64,000 nt of DNA from an uncultured Oscillospiraceae bacterium (GCA_944385275.1 CALWWP010000020.1:198-64197); one strand, 5' to 3'; positions 40,601 to 50,002 are shown, counted from the stretch's first letter. Notes: a model not told the origin generated them from the sequence alone. Numbers and translations are program-made.

Positions 40601-41347
40601 TCAGTCCGACATACAAACTATAACAGCGCTGTTAGACGTGTCGTTATCCAAATAAATTATCTCCGCGTACTGCACTTCTGACTGCAGCTGCTCCGCCACA
40701 TCAGACGGTACTATGATGACTATCTCGTTTTCATCGATCGACACTCTGCGGTATTCGGCCAGCTGCTCTGGCACGCTTCCGTTTATAAGAACGATCGAAG
40801 AAACTTCTTCTCCAAAATCCTTTGTAACAAGGTGCTCTTTGTCTAACGAGCCCATTGCTGAGGACGGCGTCATCACAGCATCTGCCTGCGAATTTTCCGG
40901 AGCCGCCTGATCGGACACGCTTTCATTTATCGTTCCGTTGTCAGACGTATCATCGTTTTCGTAAGTTCCCGCTGACGCTTGCAGCTGACTGTTTAATCCC
41001 GCATTGAGTTCTTCCGGAAGCTCTGTTCCGCTGTTCCAGCGGGACACGACTATTACCACCGCCGCTACTGCTGCAGCTACCGTTATATAGTTTTTCCACG
41101 AACTGCGTTTTCCCTTCGGCCTGTCTCTCTTTGTAAAGCTGACATGGTACATAACGCTGTCTTTAAGTGTAGCCGGCACCTTTTCCGACTCCACATGCTC
41201 TTTCGACAAGGCCATAAACACTTCGTACATACGCCGGCAGCTTTCACAGCCGTCCATATGCTCTCTTACTTCTTTTTCTTCTTCTTCGGAAAGTTCGCCG
41301 TCTACAAGACCGCTGATGAGTTCCATATATTTTTCACATTCAGTCAT
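40601..41347 (-). CDS. anti-sigma factor (zf-HC2 type), single-pass membrane protein
   Basis: 248 aa with an N-terminal zinc-finger anti-sigma motif (HMDGCESCRRMYEVF), a central TM helix (YITVAAAVAAVVIVV) and an acidic, low-complexity ectodomain. The start overlaps the sigma gene stop by 8 nt. Confidence 0.7.
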   Translation of the reverse strand: MTECEKYMELISGLVDGELSEEEEKEVREHMDGCESCRRMYEVFMALSKEHVESEKVPATLKDSVMYHVSFTKRDRPKGKRSSWKNYITVAAAVAAVVIVVSRWNSGTELPEELNAGLNSQLQASAGTYENDDTSDNGTINESVSDQAAPENSQADAVMTPSSAMGSLDKEHLVTKDFGEEVSSIVLINGSVPEQLAEYRRVSIDENEIVIIVPSDVAEQLQSEVQYAEIIYLDNDTSNSAVIVCMSD

Positions 41348-41963
41348 CGGTCCACTCTCCTTTCGCCTTTTTAGACGGATCTATGTCAAATAAGTTCCCT
41401 CTTTTGCGCAGAATCTCGACCATTTTGCATCTTGCTCTCGCAATACGCGATTTGACAGTGCCTTCTCCGACATCAAGCACCTCGGCGATCTGCGCATAGC
41501 TCAGGCCGCTGATATCTCTTAAAATAAGAGCCTGCCGGTATACCGGCGGCAAAAGCCCTATCGCCTGTTTGATCGCTTCCCTCAGTTCTTTTCGTTCCAG
41601 CGCAAGCTCCGGAGAAGAGGTAAAATCAGGTATCTCTACGACCCAGTCCCTGTCATCATCGTCGATAGAAATCACCATGCTGATTCCGTTTTTCTTGCGT
41701 TTTCTCAGAAAATCGATGCATAGATTAGAAGCCGTTTTATAGAGGTACGAGGAAAAGCTGCTGTCTCCCCTAAAATTTTCTATCGACTTATAGCCCTTAA
41801 GGAAGGTCTCCTGAACGATATCGTAGGCGTCCTCCCGGCTCTCCACCATTTTCATCGCAAGGTGAAATAGTTTCCCCGAGTTCTCCGTTACGAATTGCTC
41901 AAAAAGCATTATATCTCCCGCAATGATCCTGCGTATCAATTCCTGTTCTTCTTCTCTGGTCAA
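41340..41963 (-). CDS. ECF-type RNA polymerase sigma-70 family factor
   Basis: Region 2 (DIVQETFLKGY) and region 4 HTH (LSYAQIAEVLDVGEGTVKSRIARAR). The start is ambiguous. TTG 41963 lies 5 nt after AGGTGGTGA. The track ORF opens at GTG 41975. Either start lies inside the dus 3' end. Confidence 0.85.
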   Translation of the reverse strand: MTREEEQELIRRIIAGDIMLFEQFVTENSGKLFHLAMKMVESREDAYDIVQETFLKGYKSIENFRGDSSFSSYLYKTASNLCIDFLRKRKKNGISMVISIDDDDRDWVVEIPDFTSSPELALERKELREAIKQAIGLLPPVYRQALILRDISGLSYAQIAEVLDVGEGTVKSRIARARCKMVEILRKRGNLFDIDPSKKAKGEWTDD

Positions 41964-42942
41964 CTGTTTCACCACCTAAACTCTGTTTTATTTCTCTTGT
42001 TATGGCATAGATATCCTCAAAATTTTCAATTTTTGAGATCCGGCGTTTAAAATACCCGGAATACGGCACTCCGGACAGATACCATGCATAGTGTTTTCTT
42101 GCCTCAAGGCAAACTGATTTTTCACGTTTGTGCCGAGCCGCTATCTCGAACTGGCGCACCGCCATATCACATTTTTCTTCTACCGATGGTTCCGGCGGCA
42201 ATTCCTTGCCCGCGGCAAGCGCCTCTATGTCTCTGAACAGCCACGGATTCCCCATGCACCCGCGCCCGACCATGACCAGATCCGCTCCGGTCCACTTTAG
42301 CATGCGCATAGCGTCGTGCGCGCTGAACACATCTCCGTTTGCTATCACAGGGATGCTCACAGCTTTTTTGACCGCGGCAATAATATTCCAATCTGCGTTT
42401 CCGGAATAGAGCTGCGCCCTTGTCCTGCCGTGCACTGCAATAGCTTTTGCCCCGGACTCCTCCGCCATCCGGGCAAATTCCACGGCGTTCACATTCCCCT
42501 TGTCCCAGCCCTTTCGTATTTTGACCGTAACAGGCACATTTACCGCCGAGCTCACGGAGGATATGATACGCGCAGACAGCTCTATGTCTTTCATAAGCGC
42601 CGATCCATCCCCGTTTTTTACCACTTTGCCCATCGGACATCCCATATTTATATCTATTATATCCGCTTTCGACAGTTCCGCCGCTTTGACGGCCGCCTTT
42701 GCCATGACTTCAGGCTCGCTTCCAAATATCTGTGCCGCGGCGGGATGCTCGTCCTGTCCCAGTTCAAGCAGAGTCACTGTCTTTTTGTCCTGATAGACCA
42801 GAGCCTTGGCGCTTACCATTTCCGTATAGGTATATGCCGCGCCGCACTCCCTGCACACAGTGCGGAAACCGATATCGGTCACACCCGCCATGGGAGCCAA
42901 AACGCTTATGCCGTTTATTTTAACATTGCCTATCTCTACCAT
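41899..42942 (-). CDS. dus: tRNA-dihydrouridine synthase (DusB-like)
   Basis: FMN TIM-barrel motifs (LAPMAGVTD, DINMGCP, HGRTR). ATG 42942 is preferred over the TTG at 42966. The C-terminal ~22-25 codons overlap the sigma factor gene in another frame. Confidence 0.9.
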   Translation of the reverse strand: MVEIGNVKINGISVLAPMAGVTDIGFRTVCRECGAAYTYTEMVSAKALVYQDKKTVTLLELGQDEHPAAAQIFGSEPEVMAKAAVKAAELSKADIIDINMGCPMGKVVKNGDGSALMKDIELSARIISSVSSAVNVPVTVKIRKGWDKGNVNAVEFARMAEESGAKAIAVHGRTRAQLYSGNADWNIIAAVKKAVSIPVIANGDVFSAHDAMRMLKWTGADLVMVGRGCMGNPWLFRDIEALAAGKELPPEPSVEEKCDMAVRQFEIAARHKREKSVCLEARKHYAWYLSGVPYSGYFKRRISKIENFEDIYAITREIKQSLGGETVDQRRRTGIDTQDHCGRYNAF

Positions 42943-43691
42943 TTCAAATCCAATCCCACCGGGCAATGATCCGATCCCATAATCTCACTGCATATAAAAG
43001 CCTTGTCAATGTTTGCTTTCAGGCACTCTGATACCAAGAAATAGTCTATTCTCCATCCCGCGTTGTTCTCCCTTGCTCTGCCGCGGTACGACCACCAGCT
43101 GTAGGCTCCCGTGAGATCAGGGTAAACATATCTGAAACTGTCCGTCATGCCGGACGCAAGCAGTTTGGTAAACTTATCCCTTTCTTCATCTGTAAACCCG
43201 GGATTCCTTCGATTCGTCTTTGGATTTTTCAAATCTATCTCATTATGCGCGACATTCATGTCTCCGCAGGCTACCACAGGCTTTTTCCCTGCCAGCCATT
43301 CGATGTATTCCCTGAAATCGTTGTCCCACTTCATACGGTAATCCAGCCTGCGCAGTTCATCCTGAGAATTCGGAGTGTAGACGTTCACGAAATAGAAACC
43401 ATCGAATTCAAGAGTCAACACCCGTCCCTCCGTATCGTGTTCCGGGATATCCAGCCCATATGTGACCGACAGCGGCTCCTCTTTCGTAAACACCGCCGTA
43501 CCGGAATATCCTTTTCTCTCAGCATAATTCCAATACTGGAAATATCCATCTATGTCCAGTTCTATCTGCCCCGCCTGAAGCTTGGTCTCCTGTATTCCAA
43601 AAATGTCAGCATCTATCGCGTTGAAAAAGTCCAGAAAGCCTTTTTTCATGCATGCCCGCAGGCCGTTTACATTCCACGAAATAAACCTCAT
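42936..43691 (-). CDS. xth: exodeoxyribonuclease III
   Basis: 251 aa with WNVNGLRA, the EEP-fold catalytic residues and C-terminal GSDHCPV. Confidence 0.94.
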   Translation of the reverse strand: MRFISWNVNGLRACMKKGFLDFFNAIDADIFGIQETKLQAGQIELDIDGYFQYWNYAERKGYSGTAVFTKEEPLSVTYGLDIPEHDTEGRVLTLEFDGFYFVNVYTPNSQDELRRLDYRMKWDNDFREYIEWLAGKKPVVACGDMNVAHNEIDLKNPKTNRRNPGFTDEERDKFTKLLASGMTDSFRYVYPDLTGAYSWWSYRGRARENNAGWRIDYFLVSECLKANIDKAFICSEIMGSDHCPVGLDLKW

Positions 43692-43700
43692 CGTCTCTCC

Positions 43701-44336
43701 TCAATTCATACAGGCAACACATCTGCAAATAGGTATGCCCTGATCCATAAACTTTGCTTCATAGTCTGTCAGCACTCCGGTGACGCCGTCTTTGTGAAGA
43801 TCCCTTGTAACTTCTTTCAGCGCAAATCCCGCTTCTTCAAACCTCTCAAGCGAGTATTCAAACAGAGCACTGTTGTCTGTCTTAAAGTGTATTTCTCCGC
43901 CTTCGCGCAGCACCTGCTTGTACAGCTCTAAAAATCCATCGCTGGTCAGCCTGCGCTTTGCATGGCGCTTCGACGGCCACGGGTCGCAAAAATTTATGTA
44001 TATTCGCCCTACTTCTCCCGTTTCAAAATACTCCGGCAGCAGCGCGGCGTCGCTCGTAATAAAGCGCACATTTGAGATCTCCTCTCTCTGCGCTCTCTCC
44101 ATAGCCATTATCATGGCATCCGGCACTTTTTCCAATGCCACAAGAAGAACAGCCCCGATATGTCTTGCCTCTCCAGCCGTAAATCTGCCCTTTCCGCAGC
44201 CCAGCTCGACATACACGTCTTCGGCCTCAGGCATCAGTTCCTTCCATTTTCCCTTTTCAAGTTCCGGCTTTTGAACCAAAATGGAACTGCATTTTTCCAT
44301 GCGTTTTCCCAGATTTTTCTTCTTGCGCATTCTCAT
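43701..44336 (-). CDS. trmB: tRNA (guanine46-N7)-methyltransferase
   Basis: 211 aa with the SAM-binding VELGCGKGRF and FCDPWPKxRH-like INFCDPWPSKRHAKRR. Confidence 0.9.
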   Translation of the reverse strand: MRMRKKKNLGKRMEKCSSILVQKPELEKGKWKELMPEAEDVYVELGCGKGRFTAGEARHIGAVLLVALEKVPDAMIMAMERAQREEISNVRFITSDAALLPEYFETGEVGRIYINFCDPWPSKRHAKRRLTSDGFLELYKQVLREGGEIHFKTDNSALFEYSLERFEEAGFALKEVTRDLHKDGVTGVLTDYEAKFMDQGIPICRCVACMN

Positions 44337-44460
44337 AATTCATCATCCCCGAATATACCGCGCCGCTTTCAAAAAAGTGTAGCGCGAAAATAATCGAATA
44401 TTATTTTACCATAACAGATTATTTTCGCAAAGTCCTTTTTGTTATAAAATATTTACAGTC

Positions 44461-44495
44461 CAAAACAAAAGCTGCGGTTCCCAAAGACCGCAGCT
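44461..44495 (-). terminator. intrinsic terminator after the M20 peptidase gene
   Basis: AGCTGCGGT / ACCGCAGCT stem, followed on the minus strand by TTTTGTTTTG. Confidence 0.8.
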
Positions 44496-44502
44496 AATGA
44501 AT

Positions 44503-45636
44503 TCAAAAGTAGCTTAATATGACGTCAAATGCTATCTCCGCTCCTGGTCTGAGACTGTCTATGTAGACAAATTCCTCACGGGTATGGGCTTTCCCTCCGA
44601 GATAGCAGCCGAAAGATACTGCCGGTATGCCCCTCGACAGCGGTATATTGCAGTCCGTAGACGCAAATGTAAGAGCTGGCTCCCAATCATATCCTCTGGC
44701 TATAGCGTGCTTCGCCCGTTCGATAAGCTCATCCATCTTCTCCTTGGGCACTTCCGCGCCGCACGGACGTTCTCCCAGCAGTTCTGCCCGGATGTCCGTG
44801 CCCTTCTGCCTGAATTCCTCAATAATATCTTCAAAGACTGACTGCATCTTTTTAAGATCCCCAAGACTGTTAGATCGGAATTCATACAGCATAGAAGCCC
44901 GCTGCGCTATGGTGTTGACTGAGGTTCCTCCCTCAACAACTCCGACATTGTATGTTGTCCGTCCTTCTGTGGGGACCTTCACCTCGTAAAGCCTCTCAAT
45001 GACGGCAGCAAGCCTTTCTATAGCATTGCTGGCCCCGAACTTGCCGTAAGAATGTCCGCCCTCGGTCTTTATCTCCACACGATAACGCCTTGAGCCGACA
45101 GCCCCTGCTATGATAGCCGCCGACGTCCCATCAAAGGAGTAAAACGCCTTCAGCCTGCCGCCGAAACGATCCGCAATGGCCCGCGCACCCTTGAGATTGC
45201 CAAGGCCCTCCTCGCACGAATTGCAGACCAAGGCAATACCGCAGTTCTTAGGCACGAGCTTCTCTTTCGCTATATACTTCGCGGCCATGAGCAGGGCAGT
45301 TAAATTCGCAGTATCGTCTCCTATTCCGGGTGCCTTTACCTGCCCGTCTTCTATAACTACCGGCAGCTCAGTCATATCTGGGAAAACCACATCTGTGTGC
45401 GCGCAGAAAACTACTACAGGTCCGTTTTCATCGATTCCAACCGGATATACTACATTCAGTGCTTCGTCGATATACACTCCCTCCGCACCCTGACGTTCCA
45501 GCCAGTCCCTGCAAAATTCGGCCCGTCTGTGCTCGCTGCAAGAAGGCGCAGGTATCCTGCCCAGCTCACAGAGTAGTTCAAAGGTCTCCTCCATATGTTC
45601 GTCTATATACCTTATGATCTCCTTTGACAGGCGCAT
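44503..45636 (-). CDS. M20 family metallopeptidase (ArgE/DapE/PepT-like)
   Basis: 377 aa with metal-ligand motifs (FCAHTDVV, GIGDDTAN, EEG) and an inserted dimerisation domain. Confidence 0.8.
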   Translation of the reverse strand: MRLSKEIIRYIDEHMEETFELLCELGRIPAPSCSEHRRAEFCRDWLERQGAEGVYIDEALNVVYPVGIDENGPVVVFCAHTDVVFPDMTELPVVIEDGQVKAPGIGDDTANLTALLMAAKYIAKEKLVPKNCGIALVCNSCEEGLGNLKGARAIADRFGGRLKAFYSFDGTSAAIIAGAVGSRRYRVEIKTEGGHSYGKFGASNAIERLAAVIERLYEVKVPTEGRTTYNVGVVEGGTSVNTIAQRASMLYEFRSNSLGDLKKMQSVFEDIIEEFRQKGTDIRAELLGERPCGAEVPKEKMDELIERAKHAIARGYDWEPALTFASTDCNIPLSRGIPAVSFGCYLGGKAHTREEFVYIDSLRPGAEIAFDVILSYF

Positions 45637-45640
45637 AATA

Positions 45641-46798
45641 TCATCCTCTGTCTACAGTTATAACAGCAAAATAATTATCGTCCAGCTGCTTTATCTTTTT
45701 TGAAACCTCTTCCACAATCTTGTCGTTTGAAAGCTTCACTTCGAACTGCGCTTCAATATCAAATATCAAATTCGTGTGAGTTACGCCTTCGACAAATCTA
45801 AAGTCGTGTATGTCAAGTCTAGGATCCACCTCTTTGACGAGCTCGTGTACTTTTGCGCGCAGCTCGTTTACCCTTTCGTCGTCCACGATGATCGGATCCA
45901 GATGGATCGTGGCCTGTATTCCCAGCTCCGAACGTATACTTCTCTCTATATTGTCAATGGCGTCGTGCGTCTGCATAATGTCCTGAGACGCGTCCACTTC
46001 TACATGCATAGACGCAATGATCCTACCGGGGCCATAGTTATGTACGAACACGTCGTGCACTCCCAGCGCTTCCGGATACCGGCGCACTATAGCGAGCATG
46101 GACTCTATGACCTCCGTATCCGGCGCCGTACCAAGTATCGAATTCTTAGTGTCATTCAGTATCTGTATGCCCGCATACAAAATGAGCAGAGCAACCGCAA
46201 CGCCCATATAGGCGTCTATATCAACGTCAAATATGTACAGTATCAAAATAGCTATAAGTACAGCTCCTGTACTTATGACGTCAGTAAAGCTGTCCGTCGC
46301 AGCCGCACGCATTACCGAAGAATTTATTTTTTTGCCTATTCTCCTGTAAAACAGTCCCAGCCAGAGCTTTGCCAGAACGGATGCCACTAATACAGCAACG
46401 GAAACGACGCTTGCACGCGTCGTTTCCGGATTGAATATCTTAATGACGGACTCTTTGAGTAAACTGAATCCAATAAGCAAAATGATAAATGCAACGATCA
46501 TAGACGCGACATATTCTATTCGCGCATGTCCGTATGGGTGCTCTTTGTCTGCCGGCTTCGCTGATATTTTGAAGCTGACCAACGATATAATAGAAGATCC
46601 CGCATCGGACAAATTGTTGACCGCATCGGCCATGACCGCAATGGAGTTGGCAAGCCACCCCACAGTCAGCTTACCGGCAAAAAGTGCAATATTAACCATA
46701 ATGCCTATGGCGCTTACCAGCACCCCATACTTTTGCCGGACATTCGGATCCGATGTATTTTTACTGTCTGGGATCCATTTGGAAAGCAAGCTCTCCAA
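45641..46798 (-). CDS. cation diffusion facilitator family transporter
   Basis: 385 aa, 6 TM, with DA..NLSD and H...D motifs (MADAVNNLSDAG, HARIEY) and a C-terminal cytoplasmic ZT-dimer-like domain. Confidence 0.85.
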   Translation of the reverse strand: MESLLSKWIPDSKNTSDPNVRQKYGVLVSAIGIMVNIALFAGKLTVGWLANSIAVMADAVNNLSDAGSSIISLVSFKISAKPADKEHPYGHARIEYVASMIVAFIILLIGFSLLKESVIKIFNPETTRASVVSVAVLVASVLAKLWLGLFYRRIGKKINSSVMRAAATDSFTDVISTGAVLIAILILYIFDVDIDAYMGVAVALLILYAGIQILNDTKNSILGTAPDTEVIESMLAIVRRYPEALGVHDVFVHNYGPGRIIASMHVEVDASQDIMQTHDAIDNIERSIRSELGIQATIHLDPIIVDDERVNELRAKVHELVKEVDPRLDIHDFRFVEGVTHTNLIFDIEAQFEVKLSNDKIVEEVSKKIKQLDDNYFAVITVDRG

Positions 46799-46823
46799 TA
46801 CTCATCATCCCTCTTATAAATTA

Positions 46824-47753
46824 CTAAATGTTCGTATGGATACCTGACATCTCAACAAGTTTAGCTACATCGTTGTACTTATTGAGAGCATACAAATGTA
46901 TGCCTGCGATTCCGCATACGCGATACTCGTCTATCAGGCGCACAGTGTATTCCATACCCGCTTCTTTAAAAGCAGCTTTTTTAGAAGCCAGAGATTCCTC
47001 GGACTCACCGGGTGCAAACGGATTCGGGAATATCCAGTTCTTGGATATGATCTCACTGAGCTCGCGCGGCATAACGCATCCGTTTCTGCTGAGGGCCATG
47101 TTGATAGTGGCTGCGGCGTCGAGCACAGGCATGATGCCCACATCTACCGGCATGGTAATCCCGGCTTTTCTAATCGCGTCCATCCAGCGGCGGAACTGAT
47201 CCATATCCCAGCACAGCTGAGTCATTATGTAGTCCGCGCCCTCGTCCTGCTTCTGCTTCAAAAATCCGATGTCGGCTTCCAAGCTGCGGCAAGCTATATG
47301 ACCTTCAGGAGAACCCGCAACTGCGATGGTAAACTTATCTCCGAACTCATCGCGCACAAAACGTACAAGCTCTGTAGCATAGTGCAGATCGCCGCCAGTT
47401 CCAGTCCAGCCGTAGGGCAGGTCGCCGCGCAGAGCCAAAATGCTGTCTACTCCGTGATCCAAGTAGTTCTGCAGCTGTTCTTTCATGCCCTCTTTTGTAT
47501 TGCCGATACAGGTAAAATGCGCTACAGGATCGACATTATGCGCTTTGATAGCGTCCAGCACAGGGATCTGACGTCCGACATTTGTACCGCCGGCTCCATA
47601 GGTGCAGGAAATATAGTCCGGATTCAATGCGCAAAGCTTGTCGAGGACTCCGCCTTTCTTAAGGAGGCTTTCTTCGCCCTTGTCAGTCTTTGCAGGAAAC
47701 AGCTCAAAGGAAAATGCCATACGCTTGTTCATGATTTCTCTGATCTTGCTCAT
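46824..47753 (-). CDS. metF: methylenetetrahydrofolate reductase
   Basis: 309 aa with FSFELFPAKT, CTYGAGG and ALRGD motifs of the MTHFR TIM barrel. Confidence 0.87.
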   Translation of the reverse strand: MSKIREIMNKRMAFSFELFPAKTDKGEESLLKKGGVLDKLCALNPDYISCTYGAGGTNVGRQIPVLDAIKAHNVDPVAHFTCIGNTKEGMKEQLQNYLDHGVDSILALRGDLPYGWTGTGGDLHYATELVRFVRDEFGDKFTIAVAGSPEGHIACRSLEADIGFLKQKQDEGADYIMTQLCWDMDQFRRWMDAIRKAGITMPVDVGIMPVLDAAATINMALSRNGCVMPRELSEIISKNWIFPNPFAPGESEESLASKKAAFKEAGMEYTVRLIDEYRVCGIAGIHLYALNKYNDVAKLVEMSGIHTNI

Positions 47754-47853
47754 TAATTACATACCTCATTTCTTATGTTTGCGCTTAAGTATACGTGCTT
47801 TTTAGTATATCACAGAAACTATTGAGTTGTAAAATATTTTTTCTAGCAATATT

Positions 47854-48558
47854 TCACTTGTATTCCCGTTGTCCAAATATTGCAGTCCCTATCCTCACGA
47901 TATTGGCCCCCTCCAATATCGCGTTTACATAGTCTGCGCTCATGCCCATAGACAAATATTTCAGGCCGTATCCGCTGTCGACCGCCCTGTCAAACATAGA
48001 CTTCAGCTCCGCAAAGCAGCGGCGGCTATCGTCATCTGTCTCATACCTTGGTGGGATAGACATAAGCCCGCACACCTCCACTGCGTCAAGACCTTCGGCA
48101 TATTCCAGCATATCCCAGAGCTCTTCGGCAGCTATCCCGCTCTTGCTCAGTTCTCCTCCGATATTTATCTCTATCATTATCTTTTGGCAAATTTCATGCT
48201 TTGCCGCCTCAGCGCATATGGCGTCCAACAGGTGCTTTGAATCCACAGACTCTATTATATCAGCCCTTCCAACTGTTTGTCGCACTTTATTCGTCTGCAA
48301 GTGTCCTATCATATGCACTTTCTTTTCACCGTATGCTCCGGCGTCATATTTTTCCGTCAGCTCCTGAACCCGGTTCTCGCCAAATATGTCTATATTCAAA
48401 TTCGAAGCGATCTTTACAGTCTGTATGCTCTGAGTCTTGCTGGCCGCACACAGGATTATTTCTTCCGGACGCCGTCCCGCTCTAACCGCAGACTCGGCTA
48501 TGGTTTCACGGATCTTGGCTATATTTTCCCTCAGTCTGTTTTCTCCTAAATCAGTCAT
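47854..48558 (-). CDS. yggS: YggS family pyridoxal-phosphate homeostasis protein
   Basis: 234 aa alanine-racemase-N-like barrel with the PLP lysine context (LCAASKTQ), HMIGHLQTNK and SMGMSADY. Confidence 0.88.
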   Translation of the reverse strand: MTDLGENRLRENIAKIRETIAESAVRAGRRPEEIILCAASKTQSIQTVKIASNLNIDIFGENRVQELTEKYDAGAYGEKKVHMIGHLQTNKVRQTVGRADIIESVDSKHLLDAICAEAAKHEICQKIMIEINIGGELSKSGIAAEELWDMLEYAEGLDAVEVCGLMSIPPRYETDDDSRRCFAELKSMFDRAVDSGYGLKYLSMGMSADYVNAILEGANIVRIGTAIFGQREYK

Positions 48559-48565
48559 TTCGCGT

Positions 48566-49117
48566 CTACCTTTCCTCGTAAACAGCTCTGCTTCCTCCGA
48601 TAAACTTCGGTCTCGTCCTTGCGCACAGAATAATGGCCTCGCCTATTTTATTTATGCTGAGACGTACCGGCACCGCCACGTCCTTCAAATGCATGCCTAT
48701 CAGAGTACCGCCGATATCGATGCCAGCAGCTGCCTTGATGTGTTCTACAGCCGTAGGATGCTCCATGCTGGAATATGTTACTGTCGCAAAAGAACCGCCC
48801 GCTTTCGGCTGAGGTATTACGTTCACAGGCTCATATCCGTATCTTTCCGCAGCTTCCGCCTCAATTATCACAGCTCTGTTCAGATGCTCGCAGCACTGAG
48901 CGGCGAGATATATGCCCTTTTCCCTGAGCAACGGATATATCCCGTCAAATACCGCTTTGGCAGCGTCTACACTCGAGCCCTTTCCTATGCGTTCTCCCAC
49001 TATCTCGCTGGATGAACAGCCAACTACAAATATATCTCCTTTACGCAGCTTTGCCGCGTCCAAAAGCTCCGATACCGCCTTGCCGGCAGCTGATTTTATC
49101 TCATCGTAATTCATCAT
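48566..49117 (-). CDS. TIGR01440/DUF436 (UPF0340, YwlG-like) family protein
   Basis: 183 aa. DIFVVGCSSSEIVGERIGKGSS and the overall sequence match the UPF0340 family as I remember it. The ATG overlaps the upstream stop (ATGA). Confidence 0.78.
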   Translation of the reverse strand: MMNYDEIKSAAGKAVSELLDAAKLRKGDIFVVGCSSSEIVGERIGKGSSVDAAKAVFDGIYPLLREKGIYLAAQCCEHLNRAVIIEAEAAERYGYEPVNVIPQPKAGGSFATVTYSSMEHPTAVEHIKAAAGIDIGGTLIGMHLKDVAVPVRLSINKIGEAIILCARTRPKFIGGSRAVYEER

Positions 49118-49650
49118 TTTTCATCCTTTCCAAATTTATTAGGTATTTTTTTAAGGCTTATATACAACACTACAGAAATAGCAATACCTGCCGCCGCCTG
49201 CCCGATATTTCCCGGTATGCTCGCCGCAGCGGCCAACCCTTGCCCGAGCAGCAGCGCAGTATATCCGAAATAGCCTGCGACCATAAGCGTTTCTCCGCAA
49301 ATACCTGCGGCAATCCCTGAAACTGCGCTGTGTATTCCGCGGGTTCTACACGCTGCAAAGACAAAATAAGCAGTTACTGCAACGACGCCCTTGATCACAA
49401 ACGTGCCCGGGGCATAGTAGGAATATCCTGACATTACATCGGCGAGAGCTGTTCCAAGAGCTCCGGCCAGTGCTCCGTAGACAGGTCCCAGCAGATAAGC
49501 TGACAGCAAAACTATACCGTCTCCCAGATTTACATAGCCGCCTCCCGGTATGGGTATCATCAGCACGAGCGTAGATACACACGCTATAGCCATAAACAGT
49601 GCCGTGTATATCCATATATCCATTTTTTCCCGATTCCGCAACTTTCTCAT
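49114..49650 (-). CDS. ECF transporter S component (substrate unknown)
   Basis: 178 aa, 5-6 TM. IPIPGGGYVNLGDGIVLLSAYLLGPVYGALAGALGTALADV is typical of ECF S components. No ecfA/ecfT genes are adjacent. Start uncertain: 49650, or ATG 49623 giving MDIWIY. Confidence 0.62.
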   Translation of the reverse strand: MRKLRNREKMDIWIYTALFMAIACVSTLVLMIPIPGGGYVNLGDGIVLLSAYLLGPVYGALAGALGTALADVMSGYSYYAPGTFVIKGVVAVTAYFVFAACRTRGIHSAVSGIAAGICGETLMVAGYFGYTALLLGQGLAAAASIPGNIGQAAAGIAISVVLYISLKKIPNKFGKDEK

Positions 49651-49823
49651 CCCTTCCTGCTCTTTACAGCTTCTCTATACAATAATTGTTATCATCATAT
49701 TCTCAAACAACATAGCTTTCAAGTAGCATTATAGATAAAATTTGCGGCATTCTCTATTTCGGCAGTATTTTACTTGTATATGCCTAATTCAAAGTGTGAA
49801 AGCTAAACGCGTGAGGTGATAGC

Positions 49824-50000
49824 ATGGCACGATCATTTTACCTTTCAAATCCAAACCTGCGCGACTACTATCTTTCTCTGCCGCGTGAAGTACAGCTGGC
49901 AATCGACCGGTATGAACTGGAGATCTCAACTCCGGGCGAGCTCCAGATGTGGGCTTCAAATTTCGATTCCTTATACAACTCCAATCCATTCAGCGTATAA
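49824..50000 (+). CDS. small hypothetical protein (58 aa), below the ORF-track size cutoff
   Basis: ATG 49824 lies 5 nt after GAGGTG (49813-49818). Translation MARSFYLSNPNLRDYYLSLPREVQLAIDRYELEISTPGELQMWASNFDSLYNSNPFSV. TAA at 49998 is followed by a strong terminator. Confidence 0.55.
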   Translation: MARSFYLSNPNLRDYYLSLPREVQLAIDRYELEISTPGELQMWASNFDSLYNSNPFSV

Positions 50001-50002
50001 GC

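Noticed and set aside
47754-47853. Looked for a SAM (S-box) or other riboswitch upstream of metF, and for a vitamin riboswitch upstream of the ECF S-component (49651-49800).
   Set aside because: The leaders are short (~100 and ~75 nt after the putative -10) and contain none of the conserved cores I know (S-box, THF, TPP, FMN, preQ1). Only ordinary promoter-like sequences are present.
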